28,746 nt of DNA from Deltaproteobacteria bacterium (GCA_030262795.1 JAJSZO010000002.1:1-28746); one strand, 5' to 3'. Numbered from the stretch's first letter, positions 1-7,553 are shown. Notes: a model not told the origin generated them from the letters alone. Made by a program: numbers and translations.

Positions 1-678
1 GTCACTACACCTGTTCCGGAAATAGATGAAAAAAAATGTAATCTCTGTGGAAAATGCGACGAAATATGTCAATTCAAAGCTATAATCGTAATCGCCGATA
101 CTACAGTGATGACATTCCCTGAGATGTGCCACAGTTGCGGAGGTTGCGAAAAAGTCTGCCCTGAAGGCGCTATAAAGGAAACAACCCGGGAATTAGGCAT
201 TATACAAAAGGGCTCCCGTGATGGTATAGAATTTGTCCACGGAAAATTAAGAATCGGCGAAGCCATGTCGCCTCCATTAATCGAAAAGGTTCGTTCCTTT
301 GCCAAATCTGGCAAATTCACCATTATAGATGCCCCTCCGGGAACATCATGCCCGGTCATAGCAGCCATGAAGGGGGTTGATTTTGTTCTTCTTGTTACTG
401 AGCCTACACCATTCGGTCTGCATGATTTAGAATTAGCCGTTGGTGCAGTTAAAATATTAAACATACCATGTGGACTGGTAATTAATCGCTCAGATATAGG
501 AGATGATAAGGTTAAGGATTTTGCAAAAAAAGAAGGTCTGCCGGTTCTTTTGGAAATACCTTTTGACAGAAAGATAGTCGAGGTCTGCTCAAGAGGGGAT
601 ATGATCGTAGAAAATATTCCTGAATTTAAAGAAAAATTTCTAACTTTATATGATAATATCAAAAAAATAGTGAGTTAA
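1..678 (+). CDS. MinD-superfamily P-loop ATPase with inserted 2x[4Fe-4S] ferredoxin domain (COG1149-like), 5' truncated by window edge
   Basis: Frame 1 is open from base 1: VTTPVPEIDEKKCNLCGKCDEICQF...CHSCGGCEKVCP (two CxxCxxCxxxC motifs), then IIDAPPGTSCPV and LVTEPTPFGLHDL, typical of this family. It is a paralogue of 955-1821. Confidence 0.88.
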   Translation, partial: VTTPVPEIDEKKCNLCGKCDEICQFKAIIVIADTTVMTFPEMCHSCGGCEKVCPEGAIKETTRELGIIQKGSRDGIEFVHGKLRIGEAMSPPLIEKVRSFAKSGKFTIIDAPPGTSCPVIAAMKGVDFVLLVTEPTPFGLHDLELAVGAVKILNIPCGLVINRSDIGDDKVKDFAKKEGLPVLLEIPFDRKIVEVCSRGDMIVENIPEFKEKFLTLYDNIKKIVS

Positions 679-716
679 CCTTTCAAGCAGCAAGCAGCAA
701 TTCTAATTATGGTATT

Positions 717-877
717 ACCTAAGATGAGCGATTAGCTCTTAGCAATTAGCGGTTAGCTTTTATTATTTCGGGTGGTTACCAGTGATTTGATTTTCACCCA
801 TTGGGTGAAATGTTATTATTTAATAACATCTTGATATAGTTTGACTAAAAGCTAATGGCTAATCACTCATTTTAGGT
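717..877. mobile_element. 161-bp MITE-like element (TIR family B, ACCTAA[G/A][A/T]TGAG[C/T]GAT) with heptamer-repeat interior
   Basis: Left end ACCTAAGATGAGCGAT; right end reverse-complements to ACCTAAAATGAGTGAT. ATT is duplicated on both sides (714-716, 878-880). Interior has TTAGCNN repeats, inverted GCTAANN repeats and the palindrome TTTCACCCA-T-TGGGTGAAA. Confidence 0.65.
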
Positions 878-881
878 ATTA

Positions 882-906
882 GGAACGTGGATAATTTTTT
901 TGTTCC
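882..906. repeat. 25-bp collapsed remnant of MITE family A (GGAACGTGGA...GTTCC)
   Basis: TTA|GGAACGTGGATAATTTTTTTGTTCC|TA carries both termini of the 180-bp MITEs at 6021 and 11403 with the interior missing. Confidence 0.45.
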
Positions 907-954
907 TACGCTTGAGCATGTAACCGGATAAATATACTTTAGGCACTATTATTA

Positions 955-1821
955 ATGAAAGAATTGATTATAATAAGCGGCAAGGGCGGAACAGGCAAGA
1001 CCAGTTTAATGGCTGCATTTGCATATCTTGCAAAAAACAAGGTGCTTTGTGATGCAGATGTTGACGCGGCTGACCTTCACCTGATTACAGATCCAAACAT
1101 CATAGAGAAACATGATTTTCAGAGCGGCCATAACGCTGTTATAAACAAAGATAAATGCACTGAATGCGGCCTCTGCATTGATTTATGCAGATGGGAGGCC
1201 ATAAGCGAAACTTTCGAGGTTAATTCAATTGAATGCGAAGGTTGCGGCGTATGCGTTTATTTCTGCCCTGAAAAAGCAATAGACTTTCCTCTGAATACTT
1301 GCGGAGAGTGGTATATTTCTGATACGCGTTTTGGCCCACTGGTACATGCAAGGCTTGGTATAGCTGAAGAAAATTCAGGCAGGCTTGTAGCACTTGTAAG
1401 ACAGGAAGCCAAAAAATTTGCAGAAGAAAAGGGGCTTGATCTAATTCTTACTGACGGACCTCCGGGAATAGGTTGTCCGGTAATTGCCGCTATCGGCGGA
1501 GCCAGCGCTGTGCTTGTTGTTACAGAACCCAGTGTATCAGGAAAACACGATATGCAGCGGGTTGTTCAGCTTGCCGATCACTTCAAGGTGCCAACCTTTT
1601 TATGCGTCAATAAATTTGATATTAATCAAAATTTAACTGATGAAATAGAAAAATTCGCCAAAGACAAAGGTTTGACCTGTTTAGGACATATACCTTTTGA
1701 TCAAAATTTTACAAAAGCCATGGTCCAGGGACAAACAATATTTGAATATAATTCAGATTCCGTGGCTGGTCAGGCTATACGAAAAATATGGAAAAGTCTC
1801 TTGGCTGACATAAATTCCTAA
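955..1821 (+). CDS. MinD-superfamily P-loop ATPase with inserted ferredoxin domain (COG1149-like)
   Basis: Deviant Walker A SGKGGTGKT, CDADVDAADLHL, CTECGLCIDLC and CEGCGVCVYFCP cluster motifs, DGPPGIGCPV. Confidence 0.9.
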   Translation: MKELIIISGKGGTGKTSLMAAFAYLAKNKVLCDADVDAADLHLITDPNIIEKHDFQSGHNAVINKDKCTECGLCIDLCRWEAISETFEVNSIECEGCGVCVYFCPEKAIDFPLNTCGEWYISDTRFGPLVHARLGIAEENSGRLVALVRQEAKKFAEEKGLDLILTDGPPGIGCPVIAAIGGASAVLVVTEPSVSGKHDMQRVVQLADHFKVPTFLCVNKFDINQNLTDEIEKFAKDKGLTCLGHIPFDQNFTKAMVQGQTIFEYNSDSVAGQAIRKIWKSLLADINS

Positions 1822-1826
1822 AGTTA

Positions 1827-1844
1827 ATCCCGCCAGAGCGGGAT
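1827..1844. terminator. GC-rich hairpin between convergent genes (terminator or dispersed repeat)
   Basis: ATCCCGC-CAGA-GCGGGAT just after the stop at 1821; no clear U-tract. Confidence 0.35.
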
Positions 1845-1883
1845 GCCATTTTATACCCGCCTTGTAATCTCAAGGTGTTACAA

Positions 1884-1908
1884 GTAGGGTGGCCAATGCC
1901 CACCCTAC
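1884..1908. repeat. GTAG-family REP palindrome
   Basis: GTAGGGTGG-CCAATGC-CCACCCTAC, starting GTAG and ending CTAC. Confidence 0.75.
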
Positions 1909-1921
1909 GAATCGTCCCGCT

Positions 1922-2599
1922 TTATGTTGTTGGTAGCCGAAGAGAGTTAAGGATTGGCTTGATTTTATTCTTATGTTCGGGTGGTACAAGCAATATCGTC
2001 ATCGGCAGATTTTTTATAAGCCCTTCTTCCGGATTTGTTAGATCTTTTATCCTATAATTTTTATAATTATCTTCTGATTCCATAAAAAGCAGAACGTCAG
2101 TAAAATTTCCTGAAAAGCCCTGCTGATCAATATGTTCTATATACTGTAAAAAAACATTATTTACAGTCAGGACAAACGGATCCATCTCAGCTTCGTCAAT
2201 GCAATTCGTTTTTGAGACCATACATCTGCAACCAAACGGTCTGACGGTATAAATTGGGCATTCATCATTCATCAATAACGGACAACTTCCCCATGAGCTG
2301 TCTATTTTTTCGTCCGGAAGCTCTTTGCCCTGAATACAAAGATCAGCTATTTTGTTTGTGGTTATTTTTGGCAGAAAACGTTTTTTATAAGATTTGTCCT
2401 TAATTTTTTTAAATAATTCTAATTTACTGTTTTCAATCAAGTGATTGGCAATTTTATAACCTTCAAGTGATGTCATAGTTACATTGCACGTGCAGCAAGT
2501 AGAACAATATCTTTGACATGCCAGTTCAAGGCTATCGGTAAATGCGTCATAAATTTTATAAATCCGGTCCAGAACATCTATTTTATCAGACAAGTCCAT
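1922..2599 (-). CDS. YkgJ/UPF0153-family cysteine-cluster (putative Fe-S or Zn) protein
   Basis: CQRYCSTCCTC near the N-terminus and SCPLLMNDECPIYTVRPFGCRC (CP-L...C-IY--RP--CR signature); GGAG RBS upstream. Confidence 0.75.
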   Translation of the reverse strand: MDLSDKIDVLDRIYKIYDAFTDSLELACQRYCSTCCTCNVTMTSLEGYKIANHLIENSKLELFKKIKDKSYKKRFLPKITTNKIADLCIQGKELPDEKIDSSWGSCPLLMNDECPIYTVRPFGCRCMVSKTNCIDEAEMDPFVLTVNNVFLQYIEHIDQQGFSGNFTDVLLFMESEDNYKNYRIKDLTNPEEGLIKNLPMTILLVPPEHKNKIKPILNSLRLPTT

Positions 2600-2640
2600 T
2601 TTTTCTCCAGACTTTAAATTAGCGCCCTGCGGGCGGGCTT

Positions 2641-2695
2641 GTAGCGCAGGGCTTTAGCTCTGCCATTATAAGGCAGGGCTAAAGCCCTGTACTAC
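2641..2695. repeat. GTAG-family REP doublet
   Basis: GTAGCGCAGGGCTTTAGCTCTGCC-ATTATAA-GGCAGGGCTAAAGCCCTGTACTAC, a near-perfect 24-bp inverted repeat. Confidence 0.8.
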
Positions 2696-2754
2696 ATTTG
2701 AAAAAATCAGAAGTTACATTCAAAACCCCCTCTAACAAGAGGGGTGGACGCTAA

Positions 2755-2803
2755 GGAACGTGGACGAAATAACTTCCCCAACTATGCATCACAGCTTCAG
2801 GCC
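2755..2803 (-). mobile_element. 49-bp right end of MITE family A, inverted relative to the 6021-6200 copy
   Basis: GGAACGTGGACGAAATAACTTCCCCAACTATGCATCACAGCTTCAGGCC is the exact reverse complement of 6152-6200; it is preceded by TAA. Confidence 0.85.
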
Positions 2804-2850
2804 GCGTTCTGTTCTTCGAGTAGTTTTGATTCGGCTATCAAAGAAGGTGA

Positions 2851-4674
2851 TTAACTCTCTTCTTTCCCAGCCAACTCAGGCAACCGCCTCAATCCTATAC
2901 AATCAAGCAACCCATCCAGATCTTCCCTGACCGACCAGAGCACGCCTTTTTCACGCATCAACGCCTCTGCATCCTCAGTAAAACCGTCATAAGCGAAGAA
3001 CCATAATCTTAAAATCTGAAGACCTTCGCCCACATACTCTTTTACAGCATTTCCCTTCCATATCAAAGATTCTACCTCGGCCCTGCCCACCTTTCGGCTT
3101 GTCCACCACTTGCTTTCACATATCCAGCGCTCCTTGCCTGCGCCGCCTTCCACGTCTATTTCCATGCCCTTGCCACCACCAAGTTTGCTTCGCAGCCTTA
3201 CATAACTAAAATGCCATGGCAAAGTGATATTTTCTTTGCTGTGGAAGAATTTACCTGGCAGGGTTTTGTTTTGTCCACTCCATAGGATTTGAGCTATATA
3301 TACCTCTGCAAGATAACCCCTATGGTCATTGATACGCCGCTTTATAGTCTGATGCTGAGTTCTTAAATCGTTTTGCACCACAGCCCGATCTTGACCCTCT
3401 ACCTCAATCCTGCCCCACACCTTCAAAAACTCAAGCAGAATCGGATCATCTATCTTTCTGAACCAGCCGCCAAGCTCCATGTACTGAAGAAGATCGCCTC
3501 TGGAGAGTTTTATCAGCACATCCCTGATGGTCTCCATTGGCACATCTTTTCCTTCACGCTCAGCAAGTTCTTTCTGGATTCTATCAAGATCAAGCCGGTC
3601 TCCTTCTTCCAGAGCAGATAAATATAAAACCCACTTTGTTATTCCATATTCATTGATTCTTTCTATCCACTTGGTCACCTGGTCATTCAGTTCAGCCCAG
3701 ATAAAACCGGAAGAAAGGTCTACTGCGAGGATCTCATTCAGAGACTCTTCGCTGACAATCGGCTTTCCCTGCTTTGCGGCCTGACGAACAACTGCTGTAA
3801 TATAAAAAGGATTGCCACCACAGCGATCAGCCACTACCGGCAACATCTTTTCTTCTATTTTTGCTCTGTGATAGCGGGAAGCATTAAACGCCAACTGCGC
3901 CCCCCAATAGTTGGTCATTGGTTCTATGGGATGACTGTCAAACCTTCCAAAAAGTGACCCCCTGCCAAGTATTTCCCTTGCCAGAATGCTCATGGCAGAG
4001 CCCGTGACAAGATGAGGACACGTGGGAGATTCGACTGCTTCTTGCATAAAACCAACTATGCTGAAGTTGTACTGGGGAAGACGGGTGTTCTGGAATTCGT
4101 CCAAGAACATCACGATTGTGCTTTCATCCCGATCAGAAACCCTCCTTGGGAGTGTCACGGCTTTGTCTTCAGGTGTAGTAACGTCCTTTTCCTGAAGAAA
4201 TCTCATGAAATTGAGAGCTCCTGCGAGTCCTTCGGGCACTTTGAGACGTGTTTTGATCAATTCCGAAAGGCCATCCCTGCTTACTGAGTCAGGAGACAGG
4301 ATAGAAGTATCTCTCAGTCGAAATGCCGCATACCAGCGAAGGAAATTCTCTACATATCCAATGGAAAACTCCCACCGGTCAAGCGGCTCGTCTTTAAAAC
4401 TGTAATAAACAGGGATAACTGCATCCGGATCACGATGATCCTGTTCAAAAAAAAGACGGTTTACCACCCGCTTGAATATCTCGGTTTTTCCCATGCGCCT
4501 CTGGCCCAAAAGGACTGTCGACATAGTCCGACGTCCTATGGCATCAAGCGCAGCCTTATAAAGATATTCAAGATGCTCCTCTCTGTCCGTGTACACCTCA
4601 CGAGAAACAAGCGGCCGGATCGCCCATCGAGAGTCTGCCCATTTATCAGAAAGATTGGTTTCCGTTGTTTTCAT
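2851..4674 (-). CDS. AAA-type ATPase (COG1672 archaeal-ATPase/STAND-like) with C-terminal PD-(D/E)xK restriction-endonuclease-like domain
   Basis: Walker A LLGQRRMGKTEI, Walker B VMFLDEFQN, LVTGSAMS, GGNPFYI; C-terminal LAEVY...EIDV...WICESKWW. The start at 4674 (MKTTETN) has a GGAG RBS and is preferred over the track start at 4710. Confidence 0.8.
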   Translation of the reverse strand: MKTTETNLSDKWADSRWAIRPLVSREVYTDREEHLEYLYKAALDAIGRRTMSTVLLGQRRMGKTEIFKRVVNRLFFEQDHRDPDAVIPVYYSFKDEPLDRWEFSIGYVENFLRWYAAFRLRDTSILSPDSVSRDGLSELIKTRLKVPEGLAGALNFMRFLQEKDVTTPEDKAVTLPRRVSDRDESTIVMFLDEFQNTRLPQYNFSIVGFMQEAVESPTCPHLVTGSAMSILAREILGRGSLFGRFDSHPIEPMTNYWGAQLAFNASRYHRAKIEEKMLPVVADRCGGNPFYITAVVRQAAKQGKPIVSEESLNEILAVDLSSGFIWAELNDQVTKWIERINEYGITKWVLYLSALEEGDRLDLDRIQKELAEREGKDVPMETIRDVLIKLSRGDLLQYMELGGWFRKIDDPILLEFLKVWGRIEVEGQDRAVVQNDLRTQHQTIKRRINDHRGYLAEVYIAQILWSGQNKTLPGKFFHSKENITLPWHFSYVRLRSKLGGGKGMEIDVEGGAGKERWICESKWWTSRKVGRAEVESLIWKGNAVKEYVGEGLQILRLWFFAYDGFTEDAEALMREKGVLWSVREDLDGLLDCIGLRRLPELAGKEES

Positions 4675-4693
4675 TTTTTCTCCAAAACAAATA

Positions 4694-4867
4694 TTAATAT
4701 CCGCCCTCATGAATCATTATAAAATCATCAGTCTCAATATTCAGGTCAGTTTCACAAAGATAACTCTCAGCCATTACATTTCCGTATCCTTCATCTGAAA
4801 AACTGCCCTCATACCAATGAAAATTTTTAAGCATATATTTGATGCTTCTACTATGGGTTTTCCCCAT
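4694..4867 (-). CDS. Small acidic hypothetical protein (57 aa), first ORF of the cassette
   Basis: Manual translation: MGKTHSRSIKYMLKNFHWYEGSFSDEGYGNVMAESYLCETDLNIETDDFIMIHEGGY*. It starts ~30 bp after the attC crossover GTT and ends 20 bp before the ATPase ATG. The RBS is weak. Confidence 0.45.
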   Translation of the reverse strand: MGKTHSRSIKYMLKNFHWYEGSFSDEGYGNVMAESYLCETDLNIETDDFIMIHEGGY

Positions 4868-4891
4868 CACTCTTCAGTTTACGAATACGAC

Positions 4892-4991
4892 GCCGAACGT
4901 CACGCATGACCTGCCGGGAAAGCCAACGATGCCTATGCAAAAGCGAAAAACGCTTCGGCTTTTCCGGTCAGAGTCAATGCGCTTGTTGCCG
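4892..4991 (-). other. Integron attC recombination site (100 bp)
   Basis: Minus strand: R'' CGGCAAC, 5-nt spacer AAGCG, L'' CATTGACT, central stem (CCGGAAAAGCC/GGCTTTCCCGG), L' GGTCATG, 6-nt spacer CGTGAC, R' GTTCGGC. The 5/6 spacer asymmetry and extra base in L'' are canonical. Confidence 0.8.
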
Positions 4992-5131
4992 CGGCAGTTC
5001 CCACTATCAACTTGACTGTCACATCAGCAGTAGATCTTTTGATAACTCTTTTTGATATAGCTACTTCGCGTTGTGGCCTTTTGGTACGTATTCATCCAAG
5101 GGTTATGACGCTGTTTTTCACTGTTCGCATA

Positions 5132-5476
5132 CTATGCAGATATGTTTTCATAACTGACGGACTGACAACTCCGTACAGACAAAAAACGTGCAAAATCCAA
5201 CACTTCTTTTGCCGTATCATCGGGCAGACCGGCAACCAGTGCCGAAGCCTGTTCTGCAATCGGAATCCATTGCCGGGTTTCCGCCCGCCATACAACGATA
5301 AAGTGTTTTGCATGCAGAGCTAAGAAATCAAGAGTTTTTCCCTTATCATTGGTGAATTCGATTTCGTAAGCATCGTTGCCGTGACAATGAACAACCGCAC
5401 CCCGCACTCCAGCGCGCATATTTTTTTCCGGGATGTCTATGACAAGTTCGATTATGTCTCCTATATCCGGCATCAT
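5132..5476 (-). CDS. DUF4926-domain protein (antitoxin-like partner)
   Basis: GDIIELVIDIP...AGVRGAVVHC...AYEIEFTNDKGKT pattern. The start overlaps the restored DUF6883 stop (ATGA). Confidence 0.75.
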   Translation of the reverse strand: MMPDIGDIIELVIDIPEKNMRAGVRGAVVHCHGNDAYEIEFTNDKGKTLDFLALHAKHFIVVWRAETRQWIPIAEQASALVAGLPDDTAKEVLDFARFLSVRSCQSVSYENISA

Positions 5477-5817
5477 ATTCTTTTCCTTACATAAAGTGTT
5501 ACGAGATGAGCCTCCCTGCTTTCGGGAGTTACGATCTATCCTGTTCTTACGACAGCGCGTTGATCTTCCATTCCTTCGACGGTAATGTCCGCCGTATAAC
5601 GTTTTCCGAATTTGTCCTCGCTGTGGAAAGTGACTTCGGGATGCATAGCTCCACCTTCAAGCTGACAAAGCAGACCGGTGTGATTTTCTTTCGTAACGAG
5701 CAGCTTATCAAAAAGAACGGCTTTATGCTTCCCCTGCGGAGAATCGGTGTCAAGCACATAATGTGTCAGCTTACGAGGATCAATTCGGATACTCTCAGCA
5801 ATATCTGCCAGTTTCAA
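5473..5817 (-). pseudogene. DUF6883-family protein interrupted by an in-frame TAG at 5536-5538
   Basis: IDPRKLTHYVLD...GKHKAVLF...FGKRYTADI...AVVRTG*IVTPESREAHLVTLYVRKRI*. The TAG sits where the family has Trp (RTGWI), and the read-through ends in TGA overlapping the next ATG. AAGGAG RBS precedes the TTG start. Confidence 0.72.
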
Positions 5818-5871
5818 AGCCTGAGCTCCTTTTTTCCGAAGTCATACTTTCTGTTTATCTCAGTCTTAGCA

Positions 5872-5998
5872 CCATAACGTATAGCTGAGTGGCTGGGCAA
5901 CGATAACCGAAAAACTATGATAAAGGTAAAAACTACCGGTCAAATACTGCCTTTCAAAAGCGGCTTGACCTGCTCAGTCCCTCTCCGCCTGGTTCTAC
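5872..5998 (-). other. Integron attC site (127 bp, partly degenerate)
   Basis: Minus strand: GTAGAAC-CAGGC-GGAGAGGGACTGAGCA ... TGCCCAGCCACTCAGCTATAC-GTTATGG. The AAC/GTT termini and the stem pair; the L boxes are imperfect. Confidence 0.6.
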
Positions 5999-6020
5999 AC
6001 TACACATCATAACTTCGTTA

Positions 6021-6200
6021 GGAACGTGGACGAATTAACTTCCACAAGTAGGCGCATAGATTTGGGTCAGATTTGTTCGATCTCAGATCACAAAAGTTGA
6101 TGGAATAGCGGGCTATTTCAATATTTTTGTGATCTGAGATCGGGCAAAGGTGGCCTGAAGCTGTGATGCATAGTTGGGGAAGTTATTTCGTCCACGTTCC
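6021..6200 (+). mobile_element. 180-bp MITE family A, complete copy
   Basis: TIRs GGAACGTGGACGAA[T/A]TAACTTCC; TTA target duplication (6018-6020, 6201-6203); internal 17-bp perfect IR GATCTCAGATCACAAAA/TTTTGTGATCTGAGATC; no ORF. Confidence 0.85.
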
Positions 6201-6277
6201 TTAGCACCATTCTCCCCAATGCCACGGCAAGCCCTGCAAAATAGATGGCGCGGTAATTCTTTCTTTTACTACAATAA

Positions 6278-7330
6278 TTATTGAGAATTTTCTCCCGATG
6301 TCACCTGCAGCGCATGAATTGCCTCCTCAAGTCCGACTTTGCCATCATTGTTAATGTCTCCCTTAGCCGGTATATTACCTATGGGTCGAGCCATGATAAT
6401 ACCCTGCAAGCGTTCAAAGTATTTGTGGTTAAGATACTTTCGCTTAGGATAATTAGGATTATATTTAAAATAACAATCATCATCGTTAGGACAATAACAG
6501 TTTCCTTCTCTGCCACAACCGGTAGTCATAGTGTGCAACGTGTATCTGCAACCATCCACCTCGGCCCAACGATAATAAATTGGTCTATGGTATTCTTCAC
6601 CGTCTGTAGTAGTCTTAGTATTGAATCCGTACCACATTTTTCCTTTTCCGATGCCGTTATCGTCATTGACATTGTCGTACTCGGTTTTTCTTGTATCTTT
6701 GGCGTGTCCACTACCGGAAGAATCTATAATATAGATCCAGAATTCATCTGTATTTACTGTTGAGATGACAGGAAAGCTCCACGCCAGCATCACATGCCCG
6801 GTACTTGCGGACCCGCACCCGCCCCTGTCAGGATCCCTTATGAACTTTTGCCATTCTTCGTCATATTTTGCGACAATTATATCGCCTGGCTGAATTTTCT
6901 CATATGACTTGAAAACATACCAGTAGGCGTTGCTATTTTCAACTTCATCCCCGAGAATTTCCCGGAAATAGTCGTAAAAACCCCATGCCCTTGGACGTTT
7001 GTCATCACCGGAACCCTCAGCGCTATGAAATCTTTTTGCATTATCGAATAGGTCATGGTAATGAGTTGGCAATGTCTGCTGTAAGATAAACTCACCGACA
7101 AAGCCGGAACAGTCGTATTTGTAGATACCGCCATCTTCATTCATAACTTTGTTTAGGCGGTGTACATATTCCGTATCACGCAGGTTGCCCATAATGTACA
7201 CCATACGATCATAAAACAACAGTGCGGCTGTTCCTTCTTCAGGCCTATGAGCCGGGCGTTCTCCAAATACTAAGGAAACACTAAAAATCAATGAGCATAA
7301 AAGGGTTATCATAACAATAAATTTTTTCAT
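6278..7330 (-). CDS. Secreted NlpC/P60 (papain-like) superfamily protein with C-terminal dockerin-like/EF-hand motif
   Basis: Signal peptide MKKFIVMITLLCSLIFSVSLVFG; YKYDCSGFV (catalytic Cys), IQPGDII, STGHVMLA (catalytic His), IIDSS; C-terminus KGDINNDGKVGLEEAIHALQVTSG; AAGGAG RBS. Confidence 0.65.
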   Translation of the reverse strand: MKKFIVMITLLCSLIFSVSLVFGERPAHRPEEGTAALLFYDRMVYIMGNLRDTEYVHRLNKVMNEDGGIYKYDCSGFVGEFILQQTLPTHYHDLFDNAKRFHSAEGSGDDKRPRAWGFYDYFREILGDEVENSNAYWYVFKSYEKIQPGDIIVAKYDEEWQKFIRDPDRGGCGSASTGHVMLAWSFPVISTVNTDEFWIYIIDSSGSGHAKDTRKTEYDNVNDDNGIGKGKMWYGFNTKTTTDGEEYHRPIYYRWAEVDGCRYTLHTMTTGCGREGNCYCPNDDDCYFKYNPNYPKRKYLNHKYFERLQGIIMARPIGNIPAKGDINNDGKVGLEEAIHALQVTSGENSQ

Positions 7331-7393
7331 CCCAATTTTCTCCTTTGCAAAACAATTGTTAATTTTATAATCTCTAAATTATGGCCAATTAAA

Positions 7394-7530
7394 GCATAAT
7401 GACACGTATAACCTGCTGAAAAAGCTTATAAAAACATTGTTAAAAGCCAAAACAGTTCAACAAATACCAAAGTTATAAAAACCAAAAAACGGCCAGGCTT
7501 TTTCAGTCAGAGTTCATCCTTTTGTTAAAT
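7394..7530 (-). other. Integron attC site (137 bp) with crossover GTT changed to ATT
   Basis: Minus strand: ATTTAAC-AAAAG-GATGAACT-CTGACTGAAAAAGC ... GCTTTTTCAGCA-GGTTATA-CGTGTC-ATTATGC. It is collinear with the 4892-4991 site (CTGAC...CAGGTYAT-CGTG). Confidence 0.65.
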
Positions 7531-7553
7531 GAACGTGGATAAACCCAGTGAAC

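Noticed and set aside
2725-2750. TCTAACAAGAGGGGTGGACG as half of an attC ending the ATPase cassette
   Set aside because: It resembles an R'' half on the plus strand, opposite to the array, has no partner half, and is equally explained by the hairpin CCCCTCT-AACA-AGAGGGG.
5865-6210. 11-bp direct repeat CTTAGCACCAT at 5865-5875 and 6200-6210
   Set aside because: Could hint at a rearrangement around the attC and MITE, but one 11-mer match at this range is plausible by chance and the MITE already has its own TTA duplication.
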